Positions 49,831 through 61,350 of a stretch of 64,000 nt of DNA are shown in pieces. This DNA comes from Phoronis australis (Eukaryota; Animalia; Phoronida): contig NMRA01000015.1 in the NCBI GenBank assembly GCA_002633005.1, positions 786,297 to 850,296 on the forward strand, given 5' to 3'. The notes under the pieces are model-generated. The model saw only the letters and a list, made by a program, of their open reading frames with translations. It ran no database searches and was not told the DNA's origin. The position numbers and the translations under genes are program-made. Each line of letters opens with the position of its first letter. The stretch's first letter is position 1.

Positions 49831-51967
49831 CTTTGAAAGGACTTCCGATACTCACTGTAAATACACTGGTCACGTAGCCTGTGTCTGTATACAGTCCGCT
49901 TGCTGTACAAGAGTGAAACATGTAAATCAGTCATATGACTATATCTCATCATCCTCTACGTACTACTTTAACATAATTGGTTCTGGTTTTGAAAATTGAT
50001 AAATTGATGTTATGGTGCGAAAAGTAGTATATCAGGCACGTAGCCAGGAGGTGGGGGGCTGCGGTTCGGAGGGTTCGCCCGCCAACGGGAAAAGTCCAGC
50101 CCCAGCCCTTCCGTTAAAACTATGATGTCGATGGACAACAACAACAAAATTGTTGCTGCTACTGGTACTACTAACTAAACGATAACCAAGTTAGTAATAA
50201 TTTTGAATTCTGATTCAAAGTGCTTCGCGTAATCATCGGGCCGTACCCGGCCAACTTCGCCCAAGTGGTGTTTGGCAATGCGTAGATGACAGTATCGTGC
50301 AGACGATTAGAGAAGAGGATTTATGTTATCCATGGACACTGGACGCACGTGGTGGCTACACCATGGGGTAGCAACGGAGTCTAGAAGTAAATGTCAATGC
50401 TAGCTAAGCTATATAGCAGCGAGAGTGCTCCCAAAATCCCAAAAAGTAGTGCGATGGGAATGCCTTAAAATCGACCAAAAACAAAACAGCAGGAAATAGG
50501 TTTGTCGTTCGCTATTTGGTATATTAGATATCATAGTACGATTAAATGCAGACATTTTCAAATTTCGAATTGAAAGTGATCTTCGAATATGTTGTTCATC
50601 CATTGTCCACCTTGATGGTGGATCGGTGGATTGACACTTATGATGCATGCGTGTTCGCGTGTGTGCGTTTTCGTTCTTTTAAATTCAGTACACATCGACG
50701 AAAAGTTCACTATTGGTAGTCCTCCGTTGTTGCTCAAAAACCAGACATTTAACAATCGTGTTTTCTTGCACTGAGAATCCCCGACAAGCATGTTCACATT
50801 ATTAGGGAAAACTTTCAAGTGCTTGGGTTGGTTAGGGCAGCAAGTGAAAACATTCCAGTAAATCTTTGATATTTTCAATCTTTTGAACTTATGTACTTTG
50901 CACCTGAACTTTTACTTTCTGACTGAATACTTCATAACAAGTGAAAAATACGAGCGTAAAATTACGAACGTAAAACTGCGAGTGAAAATATGAGTGTACA
51001 ATTACGAGCCCACAACTGCTTAAGAACTCACGTAACCAACAAACCAATTTCTCATTGGATATAACGATTTCGGTAGTAATTACGCGCGAAACCTTCACCC
51101 GTAAGGCCCGCGATACCCATTAGATCCGAATTTGAGCTGCGTTTTTTGCGAGCAACCGTTACGGCTTCCTGATTTCTGGTATAATTTCATCTTATCTCAG
51201 GAACGTAGAGCTGAGAGCCCCCTAATTAAGCTGCGTCAAGATCCTTATCGAGAACTCTACAGTGTCGACGTTTGCAAAATATCACTGGTCCATCGTTTTA
51301 GAAATTCGAACAATCCCCGCGCACTACTGGCTACGGACCCGTATAAGGTCTCTGCGTTATCATTTTGGAGGTTCCCTTGAGGCGTCGACTAGACAAAGTC
51401 ACGCCCCCAGGCAGGACCACGTGAAGAAAAGGACGTATCATTGCCAGTTCATTTCGAGAATCTGAATGAAAGGACGTTTTGTTGCCATTTGTAAGGAAGG
51501 CTGCGAGTTCAACAAGAACCAGTTACGACACATACATTCGTTTCTCTTATTAGTGTTTGCGTGCTGTTGGTGTAGACGTTGACGTGATTTCCGTTGATAA
51601 AGTTTATCATCGATGCGATTCGCAGACCGAAAGTCAAATTCAAAACAAGACCTTGACCTTGCAACTCGTGATTCATTTAATACAGAATTACTACACTTCA
51701 TTTTTACTTGTAAATTACACCGGCCGTGGGACGTGGCATTTTGAAAAATTACTTTGACCTGCGCCAAAAACGCCAGGCAAATCTTGATTTTCTTCAAGTA
51801 TTTTTTGCTAACCAGATGAAATGAGAATTGGGGCCGAAGGAAAGACCAAAAGTAGACTAATTACGCCCTTAGTACCTAGTGTTTCAGTGTTTTCAGCCAA
51901 TGAACAAGCAGCACTATGCTTAGAAACGAGCGTACTGATAGGAGTGCTGTATGGTGACAATAGCCTA

Positions 51968-52893
51968 GGGAGGGACCAGGGTGAGTTGAGCCACTTTTTC
52001 GTTCATGGTTCGTATTTCCATGAGTAGTGACGAAAGCGTACGGACCTTATAACGACACTGAAGGTTGTTCAATGACCTACAAAGTGATATAGTCAACTGG
52101 AGTCAAAATTCACTCTGTATCTCACCTATTGTGACTCAACTCATCTGCATGTGGAGGATAGTTGAGCGTCCCCTCAAGGAGGGTTGGATCAAGGTTTCTT
52201 AGAGCTTTGTACATCATGCATGAGTCTTGAGCAGTTACATCGAAAAAAGTCTGCGGCTTTTATCTATGTAATTTTCACCCTTTCGTCTGAATAAAACTTT
52301 TTGGGGATCATTAGTCAATCATATTTCAATACAACAAGAAAAAATATCTAGAAGCAAGCTATCCTAATTGGTATGCTAGGTACGAAATATGATAAAGACT
52401 GACATAGCATACAACAAATATGATTAAACACAGTCTGAATTGATTGTCGGATCTACTTAAATAACTAATATGAAATTAAAATGAGCCTAGTCACCCCACA
52501 CTGATTGGCTCAACCCCCCACCCCCTAAACTCAGACATTTTGATTTTCGACAAGTGTTTTCAAAACTGCCGCAATGATTTAAAACATCTCTTTCTGATAC
52601 GAAGTGTACAGGAGTCACAAAACCGGCGTTCCAAAACCGGGATTGTTATCGAAAGAAATATTACGACGAAGGCAGAGGAAGGGTATATACCTTACATCAG
52701 CATATGTACAAAAACTAGAAAGATGAGAACCAAGTTGAACACTCCTCACACAAATCTGCGATGCCTGCCGAGTACACCTTGTGCCACCTACCGACCATAG
52801 ATATGGCCTCATCAACTGTTGATATTTAATCCTTATCTGACTTTGAGGGGGTGGCTCAACTCTCCGTGTGGCTCAACTCACCCTAGTCTACCC
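51968..52893. mobile_element. Non-autonomous Tc1/mariner (pogo-like) element
   Basis: TIR gggagggaccagggtgagttgagccac / gtggctcaactcaccctagtctaccc flanked by TA (51966-67, 52894-95). Confidence 0.75.
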
Positions 52894-52904
52894 TAAGGCT
52901 AATC

Positions 52905-54113
52905 TAGCTTTCCTTTACGTCATCATTCTTCTTGCGCAGATGATGCAATGAGCTGAGCTGACAAAGCTTGTTGCGCTGACGAACACTGCTCAGCTGACGA
53001 ACGCTCTTGAGCTGATGAACACTGTTCAGCTGACGAACGCTGTTGAGCTGATGAACACTGTTCAGCTGACGAACGCTGTTGAGCTGATGAACACTGTTGA
53101 GCTGATGAACACTGTTCAACTGACGAACGCTGTTGAGCTGACGAACACTGCTCAGCTGACGAACGCTGCTCAGCTGACGAACGCTGCTCAGCTGACGAAC
53201 GCTGTTGAGCTGGCGAACACTCATCCTGGCACTCTGATTGATTGGCGGACACACCTTCGGGCCCGCGAACCTTTGATTCATGGTTGTCTAAATTCTTTCG
53301 ACGAAATGATGACAGAGGTCGTACTTTGGTCTTTATCCGCGGTCTGAAATTCGTTCAAACCGAGAAAGTAAGAATTAAAGATTTCTTTTTTCCACCCCCC
53401 CTGGTTTCGTTCCACTTTTCTCTTTTTTTGTTTCACCTCTCTCTCCCCTCGCCTTCTCCCCCTATCCCTCTCTCTCCTTCTTCCGCCGCCGTGTATTCTN
53501 TAGCTTTCCTTTACGTCATCATTCTTCTTGCGCAGATGATGCAATGAGCTGAGCTGACAAAGCTTGTTGCGCTGACGAACACTGCTCAGCTGACGAACGC
53601 TCTTGAGCTGATGAACACTGTTCAGCTGACGAACGCTGTTGAGCTGATGAACACTGTTCAGCTGACGAACGCTGTTGAGCTGATGAACACTGTTGAGCTG
53701 ATGAACACTGTTCAACTGACGAACGCTGTTGAGCTGACGAACACTGCTCAGCTGACGAACGCTGCTCAGCTGACGAACGCTGCTCAGCTGACGAACGCTG
53801 CTCAGCTGACGAACGTTGTTGAGCTGGCGAACACTCATCCTGGAACTCTGATTGATTGGCGGACACACCTTCGGGCCCGCGAACCTTTGATTCATGATTG
53901 TCTAAATTCTTTCGCCAAAATGATGACAGAGGTCGTACTTTGGTCTTTATCCGCGGTCTGAAATTCGTTCAAACCGAGAAAGTAAGAATTAAAGATTGCT
54001 TTATTTCCACCCCCCCTGGTTTCGTTCCACTTTTCTCTTTTTTGTTTCACCTCTCTCTCCCCTCGCCTTCTCCCCCTCTCCCTCTCTCTCCTTCTTCCGC
54101 CGCCGTGTATTCT
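52905..54113. repeat. Duplicated ~600-bp block (52905-53499, 53501-54113) across a single N, each copy with an 18-bp minisatellite
   Basis: Unit gctga(c/t)gaac(g/a)ctg(ttga/ttca/ctca), ~13-14 copies; copy 2 has one extra unit; N at 53500. Confidence 0.9.
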
Positions 54114-54357
54114 ATTTTGTCTCAATGATCTTCGGTTTACCTCTACCTCTCCTCCTTCCCGTCTCCTTCTTCACTCTATCTCCCTCGCGTGCCCTCCCGT
54201 CCCATCTTCCGTCTCTCCCTGTTCCTCCCTCTCCCTTCCTACTCTACCCCTTGCCACACCCTAGATCTCTTGTAAACCTATCCTTCGCTCTCTCCATGTC
54301 TTTCCTTATTATTCTCTGCAGTCTTAGCCTACCCAATGCGCTATCTCCTCCGCAAAA

Positions 54358-55400
54358 CATTTCAACTGAGCGACGTTGTGTCCTCATCGCGAGGACTTTC
54401 AATAGCAAATGTCCGGTGGTGATCGGCGGGGAATGAAACACAGTGCGCGGTCCCGCGTCCTGGGGAGTTGGAATGTTAATCTGCATTGGAGATTCAAAGA
54501 AGAGTATTCAGCACGTTCGTAGATAAATTTCTTTCGCCGGTTGCATGAAACAGTCCCAAATAGAGACTCAACTAAGGTCCCCAAATCTAATGCGTAATTG
54601 TGAACTTCTGAATACACCGATGATCTTTTCTTATGCTGTTTTAGTTTCATTACCAAGTCAATTTTTGGTTTTGTCACAAATCGAGAGTCAACTTGACGGT
54701 GAATTCTCAATATTGTCAAAAATAAATAGGGATCTTTTCATGCAACGCCACTAACTCAAGTACTAAGTCCCTATTTATTTTCATTGAATTCAGGGCTCAG
54801 TTTTTAGTTATTTGTTATTAGAAAGTTTCACAAGTCAAAGAGGAGCTCATAATAAAGATGAAATTATAGAACAAGGTTACATCTGTGGGTAAAGAAACAC
54901 ACAAACAAGCAAAAGATTTAGGGAACTTAGTTGAGTCCTTATTTGGGACTGTTTCGTGCAACCTGGCACTAAGCATCACGTTTGAACCAGTTTTTGTTCA
55001 TGATCCAGAATGCGTACATCACATGTGTCAAATGAATGTCCTACAGTGTTGATGTGAGTGAAAACAGCGGAATCATACGTGTCCTTCAGTAACTGGGCCG
55101 CCGGTGCTGGTTAATTCTGACTTTAAGAGACTGCTTGGTTTCACCCGCCTAGGACCCAGTACACCCCTTATCCGGCACATACATAATATTCATATACCAC
55201 ATTGGAGACGTTTTCCCTGCGAACCTTGTCTTTCATCCTGACCAGTTGGCTCCTGAGAGAGCTGATTTGTTTGAAAGCTTTAACTATGTCAAATCTTCTC
55301 AAATGAGACTTAATTCTGTCCGAGAACCACGATATGAAGGGGGTAGTAACCCTGATGTTATTACATTGAATAGACCCATCACTGTTCAAAGACTTCCTGA
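54358..55400 (-). mobile_element. Penelope-like retroelement fragment (GIY-YIG endonuclease and 3' tail), copy A
   Basis: TTPFISWFSDRIKSHLRRFDIVKAFKQISSLRSQLVRMKDKVRRENVSNVVY...GETKQSLKVRINQHRRP...FIYERAEYSSLNLQCRLTFQLP; interrupted by the MITE at 54536-54967. Confidence 0.8.
54536..54967. mobile_element. MITE (PIF/Harbinger-like) inserted in Penelope copy A
   Basis: ~50-bp TIR gccggttgcatgaaacagtcccaaata...aaatct / agattt...tatttgggactgtttcgtgcaacctggc; related internal sequence recurs at ~57690-57910 and ~58440-59218. Confidence 0.7.
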
Positions 55401-55769
55401 GGTGATTGGCTCTTTGAAAAGTCTAGGATGGGAAGTCACACCTCTTTAACGTTTTTCTGTTGTGCTCGTGCTCCTTAGTGGTCTGTTCATGTGAATTGCA
55501 TGGGAACAGTATTGGTCCTGTAATCCAATTTCTCTACCACAGTCTATAGAGAACCCAACCAAACGGACCTGTATTTTCAGTTTGACTCAAGTCACACTCT
55601 GATCCACAACCTGGGGGTCATTCGCACACTGGATTCCCAGTTACCATGGACAGACCACTAAGGAGCTGAATTACTGAGGGGATGTGGCTTCCTATCCTGG
55701 AATTTTCACAGAGCCAGTAATCTCAAGAAGTCTTTTAATAATGATGGGTCCATTCAACGTAACAACATG

Positions 55770-56366
55770 AGGGTTACTATCACCTTTATATCCGGGTCTC
55801 GGACAGTACTAACTCTTATTTGAGAAGGTTTGGCATTGCCAAAGCTTTCAACCCAACAACTCTCTTAGGAGCCGACTGGTCCGGATGAAAGACAATTAAG
55901 GTTCCCACGGAAAAGTCTCCAATGTGTTGTAAGGCACGTGTGTGAACAAGGGGTGTACTGAGTCCAACGTGGGTGAAACCAAGCAGTCTCTCAAAAGCAG
56001 AACGAGGCAGCACCGCTGGCCCACTTTCGGGGACACATATGATTCCGCCGTTTTCACTCACATCACTCCTGTAGGCATTTATTAAGTGAATCACAGTGTC
56101 AAATTTTGACACCTAGTTGTGATGTTCGCATTCTGGATCATGAGGAAAATTGGTTCAAACGTGGTGATAAGGAATGTGTCTACAAACGTGCTGACTGCAC
56201 TTTTTGAATCGTCAAGGCGGATTAAGATTTCAACTCCCCAAGACATGTGACTCAGTGCGTGCTGTATTTCATTCCCCACAGACTACGTCATCAGCCGACC
56301 ACCACCACGGCAGTTGCTAGTGAAAGTCATAGCAATGAGGACGCAAAGTCGCTCAGTTGAAATGTA
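55770..56366 (+). mobile_element. Penelope-like retroelement fragment (GIY-YIG endonuclease and 3' tail), copy B
   Basis: SYLRRFGIAKAFNP...LRSRLVRMKD...CTESNVGETKQSLKSRTRQHRWP...DSAVFTH...VRILDHEENWFKRGDKECVY...LNRQGGLRFQLP, with frameshifts. Confidence 0.82.
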
Positions 56367-56809
56367 TAAGTAAAGTTTAGTTTTAATTTTTGTTGATATT
56401 TATTGACTGGGTGTTTAATTCTCCCCACCTGACTCTATCTCCTCTCTTCGTCCGCTTTTTGTATTCTTAACTCTGAGCTAAAGTTAAGTTACGTTGAGCG
56501 TGACAATTTGTCATTATCAGCAGAGTTTAACTAAAGATGTTTAAAATCTTACCTCAAATAAAAAACAACAGCGACAATGACGAGAAGCATTAGTCCTGCT
56601 GCTACACCCCCGACGACAGCGCCTACGTTGGCTCCTGTGACAAAGTGCGTTATTGTTCATTATTCTCTGATATAATGATTTGATTGCGGCAATGTCGGCT
56701 CAATGAACGCCCTTGATGTGGTTATGAAATTGAAGAGCCATCGAGCTCTTTACATGTTTGAAAAATATGTATGGAACAGGCATGACTTATTCTTACTAAA
56801 ATAATATAA

Positions 56810-57030
56810 GCAAGGGCCCTCTATATCAAAATAGAGGCCCCGCCCGAAGGCGGCTGATGAGCGCGGCCCCTTTATTAATATAGGGCTCCGTTCGAAGGCG
56901 ACCGAAGAATGAGGCGCCCGTATATTAATGCAGAAGGCCTCGCTCTTCAGTCGCCATCGGGCGATGCTCAATATTAATGTAAGGGCTCCGCCCGAAGGTG
57001 GCCGAGTAGCGAGGCCCCTATACTAATAAA
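56810..57030. repeat. Diverged GC-rich ~55-bp tandem units, probably TE-internal
   Basis: Recurring tattaata...gggctccgcccgaaggcggccga...gaggcccc. Confidence 0.55.
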
Positions 57031-57556
57031 GAATGCCACAGTTAAATACATGTATGTGTTTGCATGCTCCTAAGCGATTTGAACATTATCTACGCTAAAC
57101 AAAGTGCAGTTATATTCAATGACAACCTGCAAATGTGAATACAAACAATTCTGCAAATAGATGACCTGTGCACTAATGACGTACCTTGGGGTCTCACATA
57201 GCCTGCATTATGCAGTGTTATTTCCTAACATCATGTCACGATACAGTTGGGTGATTCACGGCGGATTATTTTAGACACAAAACTCATTCTTAAAAGCATT
57301 TGGCAATTGCAACCTAGTTCGTATTCACATCGTTCCTTTATGTTGTGTTTCTAACTAATTTGGACAAGTAATAACAGAAATAAGAAATTACCGTCCAAGT
57401 TCTACTTTAAAGACGGCCACAGAGCGAGGCTCCCTATAGCAAGCCCTGCTTTAAGGCCGCCGGAGAGCGAAGCGCGCTTTATTAATATAGAGCATTTTAG
57501 GACTTCCAACATTAATATAGGCTGCGCTATTGTTTTTCTGCTTTTGATCAGGCCCC

Positions 57557-58895
57557 CTGAATATTACAGGGGGTCACAGTCTTCGTCCATGTTCAAGTGG
57601 TGTCCTCTACACTAGCATACTTGGCCCAATCTTTGGTTGGCTTTGAGTGAGACTCCCAATCATAATACTTATTCATTTTTGGTTTTGATACAAATCCGGA
57701 GTGAATTCTACGTCGAATTATCAATAAAATAGAAAATAAGTAGCGATCTTTTCATGCAGCGCCCCTAATTAATGGAGTGAGTTCTTATTTATTGTCACTG
57801 AACTTAGGTCTCAGTTCTTAATAACAATATTTTACAACGTCATAAGTAAAAAAGGAACTCATAATAAAGACAAAATACTAGAACAAGATTACAGCTGTGA
57901 GTAAAGAACGGCACAGAGGATGCAGTGTAGCCTAGTGTTACAAGTGTCCGCTTCCTTTACTCAAAGTCGTGGGTTCAAGTCCCACTGGGGCACACTGCTA
58001 AACCCCTGAGTCAGGTCCCACTGGGACACACTGCTAAGACCCTGAGTCAGGTCTCACTGGCGCACATTGGTAAGCCCCTGAGTCAGGTCCCACTGGGGCA
58101 CACTGCTAAGCCCCTTAGTCAGGTCCCACTGGGGCGCACTGCTAAGNGCTACAGTAATACCTTGTAGAAGGGATTGTCTGTCTGCAATGCTGGGAATACC
58201 GACAAGGTAACGTAATGCTGTGACTGACGTAGATCTCGTACATCCAGTGATGACGCGAAGACCAATGTTCTGGAGCCTCTCAAGTCTGTTGATTTGATTT
58301 TTACTGAATATTACAGGGGGTCACAGTCTTCGTCCATGTTCAAGTGGGGTCGTCTACACTAGCATACTTGGTCCAATCTTTGGTTGGCTTTGAGTGAAAC
58401 TCCCAATCATAATACTTATTCATTTTTGGTTTTGATACAAATCCGGAGTGAATTCTACGTCGAATTATCAATAAAATAGAAAATAAGTAGCGATCTTTTC
58501 ATGCAGCGCCCCTAATTAATGGACTGAGTTCTTATTTATTGTCACTGAACTTAGGTCTCAGTTCTTAATAACAATATTTGACAACGTCATAAGTAAAAAA
58601 GGAACTCATAATAAAGACAAAATACTAGAACAAGATTACAGCTGTGAGTAAAGAACGGCACAGAGGATGCAGTGTAGCCTAGTGTTACAAGCGTCCGCTT
58701 CCTTTACTCAAGGTCGTGGGTTCAAGTCCCAGTGGGACACACTGCTAAGACCCTGAGTCAGGTCCCACTGGGGCACACTGCTAAGCCCCTTAGTCAGGTC
58801 CCACTGGGGCACACTGCTAAGACTCTGAGTCAGGTCCCACTGGGACACACTGCTAAGCCCCTGAGTCAGGTCACACTGGGGCACACTGCTAAGCC
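57557..58895. repeat. Duplicated block (57557-58146 vs 58304-~58895) across a single N at 58147
   Basis: Near-identical from ctgaatattacagggggtcac through the SINE head and its 36-bp array. Confidence 0.85.
58148..58303 (-). mobile_element. LINE retrotransposon fragment (post-RT region), 5'-truncated, running into the gap
   Basis: Open frame KNQINRLERLQNIGLRVITGCTRSTSVTALRYLVGIPSIADRQSLLQGITV, matching the QN.xLR.ITG motif downstream of non-LTR RT domains. Confidence 0.75.
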
Positions 58896-59120
58896 CCTGA
58901 GTCAGGTCTCACTGGCGCACATTGGTAAGCCTCTGAGTCAGGTCCCACTGGGGCACACTGCTAAGCCCCTGAGTCAGGTCCCACTGGGGCACACTGCTAA
59001 GCCCCTTAGTCAGGTCCCACTGGGGCACACTGCTAAGCCCTTGATGCAGGTCTTTAGATTCTCAGCTCGGTTTTAACTATATGTTTTTAAAGCATAAAAT
59101 GGTTCCTGGTGATCAGTGCA
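58665..59120 (+). mobile_element. tRNA-derived SINE with internal 36-bp tandem array (second copy 57918-58146)
   Basis: A-box-like tgtagcctagtg and B-box ggttcaagtcc (58719-58729); ~8.7 copies of gtcccactggggcacactgctaagcccctgagtcag; body resumes ...aagcccttgatgcagg...aaaatggttcc. Confidence 0.75.
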
Positions 59121-59611
59121 ATGGTACAACGTGTGTTTTAAAAGAATGGCAAAAATCCGCCAAAGAATCAGAGAAATTACTTGAGACCATATTTGGGATT
59201 GTTTCATGCATCAGGGGACCGAAAGTTCTGGTATATTCATGAATTCGTGGAAAGTTATAGATTTTACCTGACTGCTCAGCCACTAGTCAGTTAGGAAGAT
59301 AGTCAGTGCGTCAATTAGACTTTCACTGACTCAGTAAGACTTGCACCAACTCCAAAATTTCATGCCACGGCATTGGCTGGAGCACTAAGTCAGACAATGC
59401 TGAAAACGCGTTGTTATAAATTTTGCTTGAGTAGACTTGCGTGTGTTCGGCTGAGGTTACTTAATTGACTAATCAAGTCGAACCACTCTTCAGTCTAACA
59501 TCACGGCGAAAGCTACAGCAACGGTGAGTAACGATCTGAGATTACCCATCCTAGGCAAACGTGCATTTTTGGAAGCATCATTCATATTTACATGACGCCT
59601 ATGTGATCGTT

Positions 59612-60047
59612 GCGTTTAACACGAGACACGGCAATGATATTGGTAACGTGACATGACAGTGGTTCTATCCGGGTCTGGTACTTCCAGCAACAGTCCCTAC
59701 TCACTATTGTTTTACTTTGCCTTGCAGACAACCAACTCTACATAAGAATAACAAATTATACCCGTCCAATGTTGATACAACAATTCAGGAATACAACCTG
59801 AATAAGAAGGGGGGAATACAAAAGACACACTGACCTGACGAGGCACCTGGTCCAGCTTCTGAAACAATGCCAACAGAAAGGGATTCAAGACATTTTAAAT
59901 CATCACACATTGTTGACTGAAAGAATAAGTGGTACAGACAGATTGTATGTTCCGCTGATACGCTGGAACTGCTTCTTTGATTTCGAGACGAGAAGCATGC
60001 TTTGAAGGTCCACCTTAACACAAGGTCACGATGGAGACATCGTACCA
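59612..60047 (+). pseudogene. Decayed coding sequence of an unknown protein, paralog 1
   Basis: AFNTRHGNDIG...ADNQLY...TDLTRHLVQLLKQCQQKGIQDILNHHTLLTERISGTDRLYVPLIRWNCFFDFETR; aligns to 60781-61235; stops and frameshifts. Confidence 0.45.
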
Positions 60048-60780
60048 ATATAAATAGTCTAGATGATGATGTAAATACAACGATAAACTTTAGAAATGAT
60101 GTTACTATAACACTAACTCAAAGTCTACAATGCTTTGTGCGTTCTTAGTTATTACACGTTAAGTTTGGTTAAGGGATCCAACTAACGCGGAGTCAGTTTA
60201 TAGCCAGCACCAGTGGTCAAAACGCTGTACTCGAAACTTTGCTTGAATATTGGCCAGTTGCGTGGCATGCTTCGAGTGAACTGGCAAACATGTACTCTAA
60301 TCATGCAAAGGGAATGGTTATGTTTCGAGTATGAGTCTGGATCTAGTCTGAACTTGAATAAAGTAAACCCTAGGCACTGGTTTAGTCATCACCCGCCAAT
60401 GTTAGATAAATATTTACCTGTCCAATTAGTTGTGGGCGTCGTCATCATATCTACGTTGGTAATTGTTGGCAAATTTGTAAACGACGTCGTTCCTGGAACG
60501 ATAATTGTTTTAAGATACAAAATGCACCAAACAATTTAAACTGGTAGTAGTACGTTCTCTTGGCACTACTGTTTAACCTTAAGTCATTTCTTTAATGTGA
60601 GGTTGTGCACCTAAATCCTATTCCTGTAACCAGTTTGACTATTTAAAACCACAACTTGATCTCGTGACGTTAACTGGACTTAGAATAGAACTTAGACCCT
60701 TGGAGAGACTGATGACTTATGGATAAAATGCGTCGCTATAGTATATCAACACTTAGCGCTATATAACTATAGTAAAAAGC

Positions 60781-61235
60781 AGTGCGTTTTACACGAGACA
60801 CGACAATGGCATTGGTGATCCGACAGTGGTCCTGGCCATTCTTCGTTCATACTTCCCATCTACACTAACAGTTCGTGATACCACTGCATTATTTTACATT
60901 GCAGGCGACCAGTTGTACCCTGAGAACAACAAAAGTTAGCACCATTCCAAACTTTATAAAAAATTCAAGAACAGAAACTGAGTAATAAGAGACACTGCTC
61001 TGTCAGAGCACGTGAGCCAGCCTCTGGAATGGTGGCAATGGAAAGTTGTTCAATACGTTTTAAATCGCAACAGACTGTGGACTGAAGGAATTAACGGTAG
61101 AGGTAGATGATACGTTCAGTTGATACACTGGAACTTCTTTGTTGATTTTGAGGCAGGAGCTTGCTTGGAGTAGCACCTTAACAAAACGATGCCATGGTGT
61201 ATCCGACCGAGACATTGTCCCAGTGTTGTTTTGTC
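60781..61235 (+). pseudogene. Decayed coding sequence of an unknown protein, paralog 2
   Basis: SAFYTRHDNGIGDPTVVLAILRSYFPSTLTVRDTTALFYIAGDQLYPENNKS*...ALSEHVSQPLEWWQWKVVQYVLNRNRLWTEGINGRGR*YVQLIHWNFFVDFEAGACLE*HLNKTMPW. Confidence 0.45.
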
Positions 61236-61350
61236 AGAGAATGGAGTGTAAATAGATCAAGAAATGATGCATCACCATCTCAAATTTATAAGTCTAAAAT
61301 GTTGACAAAGTACACACCGCGGCCGTGTCAGTTTGCTAATCGTCAGTTGC

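Noticed and set aside
53996-54436. Pro/Leu/Ser-rich 146-aa ORF
   Set aside because: Polypyrimidine low-complexity tract running into a Penelope tail
57918-57990. tRNA gene (also at 58665)
   Set aside because: A/B-box-like motifs are present but there is no acceptor stem or cloverleaf and no poly-T terminator; the sequence continues into a SINE body
58732-59076. GHTAKPLSQVPL repeat protein
   Set aside because: 36-bp array inside a SINE; no ATG start or splice support
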